Source of the DNA: Octopus sinensis
Lineage: Eukaryota
Direction: 5' to 3'
Assembly: GCF_006345805.1 (NCBI RefSeq)
Contig: NC_043012.1
Span: 1 to 64,000, forward strand
DNA length: 64,000 nt
Shown here: positions 12,935 to 26,075 of the stretch, piece by piece
Layout: each line of letters starts with the position of its first letter
Numbering within the stretch: the first letter of the stretch is position 1
The notes under the pieces: generated by a model
Database searches by the model: none
What the model saw: the letters and a program-made list of their open reading frames with translations, nothing else
What the model was told of the DNA's origin: nothing
Made by a program: the position numbers and the translations under genes

Positions 12935-13265
12935 CATAGGAGTGGCTATGTGGTAAGAAGGTTGCCTCCCAATGACATGCTTCTAGGTTCATTTCCCGTG
13001 CGCAGCACTTTGGTTGGGCAAGTGTCTTGTGTGGTGTGTATGTATGTGTGTGTGTGTGTGTTTGTCCCTCATCACCGCTTAAAGACTGGTATTGATGTTT
13101 TTAAGTTCCTGTAAACCAGCAGCTCGGCAAATAATACGGATGTAATAAGTACCAGCCTATATATCAAAGAAAAGTACCGAGGGAGATTTCTTCGACTCAA
13201 ATCATTCAAGGCGGTGCCCTAGTATGGCCACAGACTCCTGACTGAAGTAAGTTGAAGCTAAACAA
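12935..13265 (+). mobile_element. SINE family C (CORE-like), degenerate
   Basis: GGAGTGGCTATGTGGTAAG head, TTGGGCAAGTGTCTT core and AAGGCGGTGCCC..ATGGCCACAG tail. Confidence 0.7.
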
Positions 13266-14361
13266 AATGAAGAATTTTCAACTGAAAAAATCATAACTTA
13301 GAAATATTAATTCTGATTAGTAAAAACCAAAATTTCAAATTGTAAATATAAGGCTGAAGTGCCTTATCGTATCGGAAAACCTTTGCAAAACCCATATTCC
13401 ACAACTTACGTGATCTATTCCCATTCCGTGTTAGATTCAGCAAAGCTACTAACCATGCCATGAATACGAACCAATGCAAAAAGAAGAAAAATGCGTTTTC
13501 TCCGGTTTTATTCTCCATAAAGTGCGACTAAGAAGTGAATAATCGTTTGTGTGGATGCTCAAAATAATCTAGAACTAGTAAGGTCTCTGAAATGAAAAGA
13601 GGATGTTGATTAGAGGAAGCCTTGCATATTCACACTCAAGGAGTTACAATGAGAAAAATTGTCAGGGAATCTCTAGAAAATATTACTAGTATCGAATTAA
13701 AAACTGAGGCCTATATTTGTATTTCTTCTTAACTACTTTCAGTTGAAGGACTGAAGCCTTGCTAGTGTTTATATAATTTTCTACGTACATTAACGACGAA
13801 ATCTAAACTCCCAGGAGGTTATTCTAGATATCGGTTGAAAGTGCACACATTTAGGAAAAATCAGAACATTTTGATTACCAAAACTCGTATTCTTTATTCT
13901 GGTACTTTTACACTACTTCAAGTAACTGCATTATCGATATTAAAGAATTTTAGTCGAACATACCAAAAACTGCACGTATTTTAGTCAGACGCTAATTTTA
14001 TCCATCTCATAATTTTCCAAAGGGTTTCGAAAGACTAAGAGATTTAGTCGGCCAAAGATTAAGTATAAATAGAATAATAAAAAATTTAAAAAAGGAAAAC
14101 ATCTAAACTTATACGTTAGTACACTTCATTATGCCCTAATATTTTGGTATAAAATACTAATTTTGAAAGAATAAAGCTACAATCATATGTGGTTGAAATG
14201 TAGAGAATCTGGTGCTGGAAGTTGCTGCACGAAGGTTATCATATATATATATTATATATATATATATACAAAAATATATGTTTACTATGTATATATATAT
14301 ACATAATACATATATATATACATATACAAACATATATATATATAACATATGTATGCCTACT

Positions 14362-14401
<40 letters not shown>

Positions 14402-14585
14402 TATATATAGGTATGTATGTAAATACATATATACGTATATAATGAAACCTTTTGAATTACGTTCTAGCGCTGGTAATGAGTACTTTCATCAGTAAATAAC
14501 TGGCTAATTTTTCTCTTCATCGGTTTCTCATTACTACATACATACATACATACATACTACATACATACTACATACATACATATAT

Positions 14586-14636
<51 letters not shown>

Positions 14637-15629
14637 TATATATAGTTTTTGTGATGCAAATAGGCAAAACAGAACTCAAAACATGTGTATATGAACACAC
14701 GCACACGTTCACATGCGCACACACACACACACATTGTAGTAATACGTAACAGAAGCAATTCTGTTCAAATTCCGCCAATGTAGACTTCGCCATGCATTAG
14801 CATGGAAAATATCAGTTGAGGTCTGGTATCGATGTGATAGATTTATCCGTCTTCCGAAATTGTTAGCCATGTGCCAAAATTTGAAAGTAATACTTCAATC
14901 CAGTGATTATAATGGCTTTTTATGCTATAGATTTCTACATGAATAATTTAGATATTCACCTTTATGAACATATACCCACATGCAGAAATATCCGACGAAA
15001 TATCTAATCATTTATCGAGATTATTAGACGTATGATCCTTCCCCCACCCCACCCCAAAAACCAGAATCTGAAAAGAAGATACGGGTTAATGTTTCCCACT
15101 TTTGCATTGTATACAGTGTCATTGCGGGTTAAACCTCTTCGCAGATTTGAGAGGGTACTTAGAATTAACAATATATTTCACCATCCTTTGAATACCTTTA
15201 CAAAATATTTAAGTGGGTTTGATGCGGAATATTTTGATTCGTCATCTAAAGGAAGTAATACCCGAAGAAAATATTCGACAAACACTAGATTATCTGGCAT
15301 AGCTGGAGATACCCACACACAACCTCGATATGTTTACGCCTTAGAAATACTTTTTAATGTATCTATACCATCAGCATTTAAGTGGTGCAAATTAACACCA
15401 ACAAATACACGTTAATATAAGACATAAATAATTTATAAACTCAGAGAAGGAAACGTTGTTCCAGATTTCCACAAATATAAACAGCGAAATCAGCTGGGCA
15501 ATGGCCTCGTGTTATAACAATGACACTACGCTCTTGCCGATGCAACACTTTTAGATTCTGATCGTAGCGTTCTCAATTTCTGAGTTCAGAATCTGTGACT
15601 AAAATATTCACATACGCTCACTCACGCGC

Positions 15630-15669
<40 letters not shown>

Positions 15670-15719
15670 CTATATATATATATAAATATATCTTATATAT
15701 ATATATATATAATATATAT

Positions 15720-15752
<33 letters not shown>

Positions 15753-16137
15753 TATCTATATATATATTATATATATAATTTATATATATATATATATATA
15801 TATCAATGTGTGCTTGTGTGTGTGCTTGTGTGTTTGTGTTTGTGTGTACGTATATATATATACATATATATAAGTACATGAAAGGATAGATAAATATACA
15901 TAATATATGTGTCACGCTGTTGTCTATGTCTGTGTAAATGTATGTGTGTGCAATTTAGCACGCTGTTGCACGGGACCGAATTACTTCCGCTGTGGGACAT
16001 GAAGAAAGCGGTCAGCGTTTAACCCTTATTCACCAGACCTCATTCTCTAATGTCAATCCTATACCATTGTTTTTTCGGTGCTTGACATCGAAACAACATT
16101 CTGAAGTGGATTTCCCTCCGTCGCTATATATATACAT

Positions 16138-16170
<33 letters not shown>

Positions 16171-16221
16171 CCACACACACATCACACACACACACACACA
16201 CACACACACAACACACACACA

Positions 16222-16254
<33 letters not shown>

Positions 16255-16270
16255 CACACACCACACCACA

Positions 16271-16303
<33 letters not shown>

Positions 16304-16313
16304 CACACATATA

Positions 16314-16345
<32 letters not shown>

Positions 16346-16456
16346 TGTATGTATATATATATATATATGATATATTTGTTCAGCTATGCGCTGTCAGGAG
16401 GGAAGTGTGTGCGTGCGCTAACGTATAGACATACATGTACACAAATATGTATATAT

Positions 16457-16504
<48 letters not shown>

Positions 16505-17345
16505 CGTTTTTGTAGGAAGTAGATAAACTATAACATGAACTGGAAATGTGAAATACGTCAATTATTTACAATAGAATTCGTACTCAAGAGAATGTCTGGT
16601 GTAGATAAATAAGAACTGAAGGTATTTGGAAATTACTGAAAGAAATAACTGAAAGAATATCAACTCAGTAAACGACACCCCCAGTACTGTTCCTTTACTA
16701 CATTCCAATGATAGGTCGACACTAATTGGTCAGATGATCCGTTCCCAACAGATGCACGATCTGTCTCAAATCACTGTTCTAAAAGAAATAAAACTTGCAC
16801 CGTGATATACTATAAATGAGACTATGTTAACGGCTGTGCCATCTATGACCTTAGGCCTGCCCGAACGGCCTTGACCTTCAGCTAAGCAGCAATAATACAG
16901 TCAATGGAATGATTGCAACAATGTGGGAGATATTAAATACTTGGAACGCAGCGCTCATTAAAATACTCGCTTGGAGAACGAGGAAGAATTTACACAGTCA
17001 GTTGATCTGTTAGAGATAGTAGCTAAAGTCTCTCAGTTATTTTTCCGCTGTTATGAGATAATATAAGATAATGAGAATAATGGACTATTTGAAGAGTTAA
17101 CCCGAGAAATGCTATATAACAAATTAATGGCTGGAAAATTCATATGTGTGCATATGTATGGATGTGTGTATTTGTGTGTGTATGTGTGTGTGTCTATGTC
17201 TGTGTCTATAAATTAGGAAGGTTATATTATCCGGGCGGCTATCGTGATAGCTCTCAGTTGTATGTATGTATGTATGTATGTATGTATGTATGTATGTATG
17301 TATGTGTGTATGTATGTATGTATGTATGTATGTATGTATATATAT

Positions 17346-17377
<32 letters not shown>

Positions 17378-17959
17378 GCATTTATACATACGTGTATGTA
17401 CATATTTAGATATACGTGTATGTACATCTATACGTATATATGTATATGCCTTTGTGGGTACAGGACGTCACGAAACGCGTACAACAAAAATACGAAGTAC
17501 GAGTACAAGGAATATGAACTATTTTTTTCGAACACCGGAAGACACAAATGGAATGCGTAAAAGTTTCGGCCAGGTTTTGGCCAAGCCATGTCTAACTTAA
17601 TAGCACTACCTGGTTTTAAATTATTTAAATATTTTTTCAAACGCAAAACAATGAAATTCGAAATATTCTCCCAGCTACCATTTATTTCTTCCAGTTTATC
17701 TACCACTTATTTCCTACAGTTTATCTCATATCCTGTTTAAAAGGCACGTCTGAAAGGAAGTAATGGGGATAAAAAGCAAAACATCAACACCCCATCACAT
17801 ACTTTGGAGATGAAACTTTTTGAAATGTTCCTCTGAATTTAAAGTTAACAGTTTTCCAAATAAAGAAGAGAGAAAATATCTTGACACTATATACGTGTAT
17901 ATACATGTGCGTGTATGTAAGTATGTATGTATGTATGCATATATGAATCCAAAATTGGC

Positions 17960-18150
17960 ACAAGCACAAGTCTTTACTCGCGGGGCCGGGTTAATCGATT
18001 ACATCGGCCCCAAGGGAAAGCTAGCTCTTACGTTATCGAGCCCACGAAAGAGGTGAAAGGCATAGACGACCTCGGCGGAATTTGAACCCACATCGTAAAA
18101 ACGGGTGACTGGCCGCTAAGCATTATGTCCGACGCGTTAACGATTCTGAC
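17960..18150 (-). mobile_element. SINE family M, degenerate
   Basis: Contains GACCTCGGCGGAATTTGAAC..CCGCTAAGCATT. Confidence 0.7.
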
Positions 18151-19305
18151 ATGACACCTAATCATAATGATTCTGCTTGTCATTGCATTACTTAGCCCGT
18201 CGCTAATGCTTTCACGTGATTAGAGAAAAAGAGGGAGGAAGATAATTGGGGAGGGGGGAGAAACATCGAGGACGTGAGGTGAAGCGTCAGTAATTGTAAA
18301 GATTTCACGTGATTACTTGAAGGGGAAAGAGGGAAAAATAGGATAATTTGAAGAGTGCGACAGAAATAGGGAGAAAGAAAATGAGAGGAAGAGAGAATGG
18401 TCCGCCAAGTAAGGTGGGGGAACATAAGAATTTTAGTAGAAGGGTGATGTTCTGATGCTGCGGTTAAAGAAGGCGGAAACAGAGTGAGAGAGACGGAAGG
18501 AGAGATTATGCTGGTGGTGGAAGTGGTAGAGATGGAGGTGATGGATAGTGAAAAGTGTCTTTCTTTTTAAAGTAAACTGAGTCTTTTATATGACCTATAA
18601 TGTAACGCATGCGCATAGGTGCAATTCCGTGAAGTATTCAAGCTTATTTACGTAGTAGATATAAGCAATTTGACTAAAGGTTGTATCATATATACGGGAT
18701 ATAATTTTTGGGGTTTATGGAAAAAAAATAGAAAAATAAAAATTAATATTTATTTTATGCGCGATGTGTATTAAATCTATAAAATTGTGCATAAAGTATA
18801 AAAAGTGTACATATATAGTGCATTAAGTAATCATCATATTCTAATTTCTTCCAATTTACAATGAGTAGCAGATGAGGATCTAGCATTCAGTAGACACGAC
18901 ACTGGCTACACTTTCAAAGTTTTGGGATAAAGTTTTCAGAAATGACACGGGAAGTTCAGCATTAATTCCGGGAAATATTCACGGGTCCCGCTAGGATAAA
19001 ATAATATTCAGATACATTGGATTTCGCAGATTCTAATATCATTCACCTTTAAAAAAAAATTAATACCATAGAATATAATAAACATACAAATTAATAGATT
19101 CATGAGTACATGAATAAATACATACACGAATAAAAATATAAATGAATAACTATATCAATTGACGGAATATGGATTTTACCGTGTGAACTGATGTATTCAC
19201 GCAATACCAATGACCGATATGAATGCGAGTCGTTCCTATTATTTTATTGTTATTTTTAGAGCTGTCTTCATTTTTTACGTAATATATATATGTATATATA
19301 TATAT

Positions 19306-19346
<41 letters not shown>

Positions 19347-19624
19347 CATTCATACATATATAGATATACATACATATACATACATATATATACATTCATA
19401 TATATAATATCTACACACACATAGTTTCATTACACAACATATATATATGTGTATGGAGAAATTTATACACACAACACACACACACCACACAATATATATA
19501 TATATATATGTGTGTGTGGGGGTGTTGTGTGTGCGTGTGTGTATGGAGATATTTATATATATATACATAAATGCATGGATATATATATTTACATATATAT
19601 GTATGTATGTGAATATATATTATA

Positions 19625-19663
<39 letters not shown>

Positions 19664-20064
19664 ATATGTAAATTTATGTATACATATATATACAATGCAC
19701 GAGCTCACTCAAGTCCAGCTACATATGTTGGCAGAGATCATACTCACAAATAAATATGCACGCACTCATATGTATGGTACGAGCGTTAATATATCGTATC
19801 TGTCTTTATCTCTTCCTCTCCCCACTCTCTATGTATATATTCATATACAAAAGAATAAGTTAGAATAAGTACTAGGCTTACGGAGAGTAAGGTCTAGGGT
19901 CGATTTCTTAGACTAAAGGTGCTGATCCAGCATGGCCGCAGTTAAATAACCGAAACAAATAAAAGAGAGTAAAAGAATATATTTAAATGTGCATATGTAT
20001 ATACCTATACATACATACATAGATACACGCACACATGCACGGTTTATTATAACATAATCTATTC

Positions 20065-20585
20065 TATTCTTGGCAGAAAACCCGAAATTTTGAGGAAGGG
20101 CGTGACCCCGAAAGGAAGAAACGAAAAGTCGACCTCTCCGGAATTTGAACTCAGAACGCAAAGACAGACGAAATACCCGCTAAGCATTTCGCCCGGCGTG
20201 TTAGCGTTTCTTATTTCTTTATTGCCCACAGGGGCTAAACATAAAGGGGACAAACAAGGACAGACAAAGGGATTAAGTCGATTACATCGACCGCAGTGCG
20301 TAACTAGTACTTAATTTATCGAACCCGAAAGGATGAGAGGCAAAGTCGACCTCGGCGGAATTTGAACTCAGAACGTAAAGACAGACGAAATAGCCGCTAA
20401 GCACTCTGCCAGCTCGTCGCCTTTGCATTAAAGCATATTGTAATACTCATGATGAAGCAAGGCGGTGAGGTTGCCTTTCATCCTCTCGGGGTCGTTAAAT
20501 TAACTACCAGCTGCGTACTGGGGTCGATCTAATCAAGTGGCCCTCTTCCCAGAAATTTCGGGCCTTGTGCATAGTATAGAAAAGA
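20065..20585. mobile_element. Head-to-head SINE family M copies (multimer on -, fragment on +)
   Basis: 20065-20423 on the minus strand and 20460-20585 on the plus strand. Confidence 0.8.
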
Positions 20586-20997
20586 ATACTCATGATATAG
20601 TTCAAATACAGGCACTGAATGACCGAAAGTTTTTCTCCGAAAATATCAGAACCACGCCTACTGTATTCACGGAGTTTTGAATTATTTATGTATTTATTTA
20701 TATATTTATTTATGTATGTATGTACAAACATACACATGTAAGTATACCTATATAGATAGATAGGTAGATAAATGAATATATACCTCCCTACATACATACG
20801 TGTATGTGACTATATGCTAATAAGCTTGCTTCTCAACCAAATGGTTCGGTTTTCAGTCCCACTGCGTGGCACATTGGGCAGGAATTTTCTACTATAACCT
20901 CGGATGATCAAATCCTTGTGAGTGGATCTGATAGACGGAAAGCGAAAAAATCCGCCGTATATATCTATCTATCTATCTATATATATATATATTTAAA

Positions 20998-21315
20998 GAC
21001 TCCGCCGGTTACGACGACGAGGGTCCCAGCTGATACGATCAACGGAACAGCTTGCTCGTGAAATTAACGTGCAAATGGCTGAGCATTCCACAGACACGTG
21101 TACCCTTAACGTAGTTCTCAGGGATAATCAGCGTGACACAGAGAGTGACAAGGCTGACCCTTTGAAATACAAGTACAACTCATTTTTGCCAGCTGAATGA
21201 CTGGAGCAACGTGAAATAAAGTGTCTTGCTCAAGGACACAACGCGTCGCCGGGAATCGAACTCACAACCTTACGATCATGAGCCGAATGCCTAACCACTA
21301 AGCCACGCGCCCTCA
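20998..21315 (-). mobile_element. tRNA-derived SINE, family V (head GGCGCGTGGCTTAGTGG)
   Basis: A/B boxes and TGTGTCCTTGAGCAAGACACTTT core; 3' half shared with family K. Confidence 0.85.
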
Positions 21316-21321
21316 CCACAC

Positions 21322-21452
<131 letters not shown>

Positions 21453-21648
21453 ATATATATGACTTATTTCAGTCATTTGTCTGTTGCCATGCTAGAGCAT
21501 CAATTTTAATCAAGCAAATCGACCCCAGGATTTACTCTTCGTAAGCCTAGTACTTATTGTATCGGTATCTTTTGCCGGATCGTTAGTTATGGGACTTAAA
21601 CACACCAGCATCGGTTGTCAAGTGAGAGTGGGGGGAAAAGACAAAATA

Positions 21649-21730
<82 letters not shown>

Positions 21731-21733
<3 letters not shown>

Positions 21734-21923
21734 GCTGCTTTCTTCAATGGAATCTAGTGCTCTTAGATTAGTTTTCATTGGGGCTGACCAGATTGGAGCA
21801 ATCCAAAAATAACGAGCCGAAATTGCAAAGATAATATGGAACTCGACTGAGGAAAGAAAACTCCGAATGACCCGCCCTTGTTTTCCTTGTATCGCCTTTC
21901 TTTGTGTTCTTGCCCCATTTTTG

Positions 21924-21930
<7 letters not shown>
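21731..21930 (+). mobile_element. Unclassified TA-inserting repeat family X
   Basis: Homologous (reverse complement) to 34555-34765 and 47200-47350. Confidence 0.7.
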
Positions 21931-21969
<39 letters not shown>

Positions 21970-21972
<3 letters not shown>

Positions 21973-22103
21973 TTTATTATATAGAAGGAGCTTCTACAGG
22001 ACTAGAACTGTTTCATTCAAGAGAAATCTTCAGTGCTTCCTGAAGATTTCTCTTGAATGAAACAGTTCTAGTCCTGTAGAAGCTCCTTCTATATAATAAA
22101 TTA
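21970..22103. repeat. Perfect palindrome, 64-bp arms with 6-nt loop
   Basis: 21970-22033 is the exact reverse complement of 22040-22103; the same peptide appears on both strands in the ORF track. Confidence 0.95.
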
Positions 22104-22205
22104 GTTTTACTCTGCAATGTATTGAGTACCTTATTTACTGTGGTTAACCCCGAATCAACCCGGGACCTACATATATATATATATATTATATATATATATA
22201 TTATA

Positions 22206-22253
<48 letters not shown>

Positions 22254-22466
22254 ATATATATATATAAATACATATATATATAATATATACATACATACGA
22301 CAGTCTTCTTTCAGTTTCCGTGTACCAAATCCACTCCCAAGTCCTTGGTCGGCCCGAGGCTATATCAAAAGACACTTACCCAATGTGCCACGCGGTGGGA
22401 CTGAACCCTGGAGCCATGTGGTTGGCAAGCAAGCTTCTTTTCTCACAGCCACTCCTGCGGCTATAA

Positions 22467-22521
<55 letters not shown>

Positions 22522-22530
22522 ATATTATAT

Positions 22531-22562
<32 letters not shown>

Positions 22563-23859
22563 CACAAATACACACACAAACATCTACATATGCGTGTGTG
22601 AATGTGTGTGTCTCAACATCTGTGTGTATCCTTCACCACCACTCGACAACCGCTGTTGGTGTGTATACGTCCCCGTAACCTACCGGTTACCAAAGGTGAA
22701 CAATAGAATAAGCATCAGACTGTAAAAAAATTGGACTGGGATTGATATATATAATTAAATCTGACAGATGCATTATTAATCCCAAAATGTAATATCTATC
22801 TCTTACTCAAAGCGAATATTATATTAAAAAGACAGTGTACTGTCTTTTTATTGTATTAGAAGCCAGTGTACTGTTATTCATAATTTGAAGACCTCTCATT
22901 TTGATATAAATCAATCGCTTTTATATCTTTGATGGCCAATAACCGTCTGCGACAACTGCTGCAGGCGTCGGATCGCGTGATTTCGCACTTTCGTGTGTCT
23001 ACGAGGAATATACCGTCTTGTGTTCACCAGGAATTCTTCCGTCAACGACGTATAGAATATCCGTTCTATTATTGGCACAAAGCCTGAAATTTGCGGGGTA
23101 AGTCAATTTGAACGTCCCCAATGCGTAACTTGTACTTAATTAATCGACCCCGAAAGAATGAAAGGCAAAGTTGACCTCGGCGGAAGTGATACATAGAATA
23201 TTAATGTCTATCCTGGCGCTGGTGTCGCAAATAGCCTCTGGGCTTATGATTAAATAATTGATCGTGACATAAGTTTTATTAATGCGGTAATGTAATATTT
23301 ATATCCCACATATAGTGCATATTGTGTCATAAACAGAATATGTTCATCGCTACACCTCAACTTAATACTCTGAAACCTTATGATATGAACAACTTACCTG
23401 AAGGTTTAAAATATTTAATCTAGAAATATTAGGTGGTTGACTTTTTTTCCTAGAAATTGTTGCAATAGTTTCGCATCAGTATAAAAGTGTAGTATTGAGA
23501 TAAATTTCCGAAGACTAAGTGATGTAATTTGTAAGCAAAGGTACGAAGGTGTGCGGAATAGTTCCCGACTTTAAGGTTGTCGCGAAAGATCTGCTTAGGG
23601 GCCCAACCTTCTGAGTTCCTTTACAGGCTTCGAGAAGCTGAATGGCCGTTTCAATAAGTGTGTAAATGTGAGAGGGGAATATGTTGAATAAATTCATACT
23701 TCTACGATTCATTTGATCTTTCTTTCTATCATTCTTTCCCTCATTCTTTCTTCTTCCCTTTCTCTCTTCCTCTACCTCTAGCACACAGTTGATACTGTTG
23801 CTGATGTGGTTGCTGTTGTTGTTGGTGGTGGAGGAAGTGTGTGGACGATCTTTTTATCT

Positions 23860-24240
23860 CTAGGCCTGAAATTTTGGGGGAGGGAGCCTTTGGATTAGAT
23901 CGACCCCAGTACGTAACTGGTACTTATTTAATCGACCCCGAAATGATGAAAAGGAAAGTCAACCTCGGCGGAATTTGAACTCAGAACGTGGCAGCAGACG
24001 AAATACCTATTTCTTTACTACCCACAAGGGGCTAAACACAGAGGGGACGAACAAGGACAGACAAATGGATTAAGTCGATTATATCGACCCCATTGCGCAA
24101 CTGGTACTTATTTAATCAACCCCGAGCGGATGAAAGGCAAAGTCGACCTCGGCGGAATTTGAACACAGAACGAAACGGCAGACGAAATACCGCTAAGCAT
24201 TTCGCCCAGCGTGCTAACGTTTCTGCCAGCTCGCCACTTT
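23860..24240 (-). mobile_element. SINE family M multimer
   Basis: One head plus a repeated B-box/body unit. Confidence 0.85.
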
Positions 24241-24380
24241 AGAAAGTGCTTAGATATTGCTGTTGTTGTTACTGCTATTTAACCCTAGTCGAACAACGGT
24301 CGATCAGTCCTATAATCGAATGTATCTCAAACCGTGACGACCCTCGTCATTTTTTTTTCTCTCCAGACATCTGAGTATTA

Positions 24381-24625
24381 AGGCACGTGGCTTAGTGTCT
24401 AGGGTATTCGACTCCCGACCGTAACGCCGGGAGTTCGAAAATCGACGGCGCATTGTGTCCTGGAGTAAGACACTTCATTTTACGTTCCTCCAGTTTAGTC
24501 AGCTAGCAAAAATTGACAGTGCCCGTAATTCAAAGGGCCAGCCTTGACGCATTCTGTGTCACCCTGAATTTCCCAGGGAACTACGTCAAAGATTCTCGTG
24601 TCTGTGGAGTACTCAGCCACTTACA
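24381..24625 (+). mobile_element. SINE family V 5' portion (fused to an RTE 3' end)
   Basis: AGGCACGTGGCTTAGTG head and GAGTTCGAAAATC B box; body ends at CTCAGCCACTTACAC. Confidence 0.8.
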
Positions 24626-24949
24626 CCAAAGTCTCTCTCAAAGACTTCTCCATCGGCACAGAGACTTAGGAGACACTTGCTGCCGACCGCTCATCCTGGC
24701 GCAGCGTAATCACCACAGGAGCAAAGACAGCCGAGGAGAGACGGATTCAGTCAGCAGAACAGAAACGCCAGATGCGGAAAGCCAGAGCCACCTGCACCAA
24801 TAGCACAGCCCCTTCCCACTTCTGCCCCACCTGTGGGAGGGGCTTTCTTGCCCGGATTGGCCTCACCAGCCACCTCCGGTCTCACAGCAGCAATTCCACC
24901 AAATGATGTCAATGGTCATCTTCGAACCCGAAGGACGAACATTAACATT
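24622..24949 (+). mobile_element. RTE LINE 3' end with C-terminal C2H2 zinc finger
   Basis: KVSLKDF..LAADRSSWRS..RKAR..FCPTCGRGFLARIGLTSHLRSH, then a short 3'UTR and AACATT tail repeats. Confidence 0.88.
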
Positions 24950-25704
24950 AGACACCTGAGTCTACACTTTCTTACACATCCTACTATTGCTTGCAAGGAT
25001 TTATGAGAAGGTTATTATTTTCGCTGCTATTTCTAGCACGACGAATGACCACACATAAGCTTCTTCTTACAACTACCGGTTTGATCATGATATTTATTCC
25101 CCAATTATAACTGCCAAATAATAAATCCAATGAAACAGCATTCTGCTTAGCCCGAATGTCCACACTGAATTCACTAGGGAAGAATTACTTATGTTTCTCT
25201 ACATGACTGATTTCCAATACGATCCTATTCTTTACGATATTTGTTTATGCTATTTACAACGTAGTTTACTAAACTTCACACATGGTTGCAATCAGAACTT
25301 GCTATTGTTCCATTTCCAACGCTTTTATAAGAGATCGACCTTTTTTTTTTTATTCATTTTTAGCTCTTTTTGTTAGTTTTTGGTCAATATATTTATTTAT
25401 ATTTCATTCGTAAGTGTGTGTACGTGTGTATATGCATGTGTATGTGTGTGTATGTGTGTGTGTGTGTGTGTGTTTGTGTGTGTTTACATAAAGAAAGGGA
25501 GACAAAAGAGAGGGAGGGACGGAGGGGAGGTGGAGTAATTGGTGTGTATACCGATACGTGTGAAAGAAAAGTAAAACGTCTTAACGCTCAGTTGCCTACA
25601 TACAAACACGCACACACACACACACACGCGCACACACACATACATGCATATGTACGTATGTCTTTTAATCTATTATGTATGTATATACGGACGTTTATAG
25701 ACTT

Positions 25705-26075
25705 TTCTACCCTTGGCACAAGGCCTGAAATTTTGGTGGAAGGAGGCAACTGGTACTTAATTTATCGAACCCGAAAGGATGAAAGGCAAAGTCGACCTCG
25801 GCGGAATTTGAACTCAGAACATAAAGACAGACAAAATACCTATTTCTTTACTACCCACAAGGGGCGAAACACAGAGAGGACAAACAAGGACAGACTAACG
25901 AATTAAGTCGATTATATCGACTCCAGTGCGTAACTGGTACTTATCATCCTTTCGACCCCGGAAGGATGAAAGGCAAAGTCGACCACGGCGGAATTTGAAC
26001 TCAGAACGTAGTGGCAGACGAAATACCGCTAAGCATTTCGCCCGGCGTGCTAACGTTTCTGCCAGCTCGCCGCCT
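25705..26075 (-). mobile_element. SINE family M multimer
   Basis: Head at 26075; two B-box/body units. Confidence 0.85.

Larger units (their letters stand above)
21460..22460 (-). mobile_element. SINE family C split by insertions in its internal (TA)n tract
   Basis: Tail half at 21460-21650, head half at 22297-22460. Confidence 0.8.

Noticed and set aside
15032-15415. 127-aa ORF in unique sequence
   Set aside because: No recognisable domain, no convincing splice context, and unremarkable composition.
18190-18660. Possible old Helitron (minus-strand TCTACTACGTAAATAAG start; GA-rich body resembling 35430-35900)
   Set aside because: No CTAG end or subterminal hairpin could be located, and the similarity is mostly low complexity.
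19170-19240. Further degenerate hammerhead-like remnants (also ~46850 and ~52310)
   Set aside because: Only one half of the core is recognisable in each, which is insufficient support.
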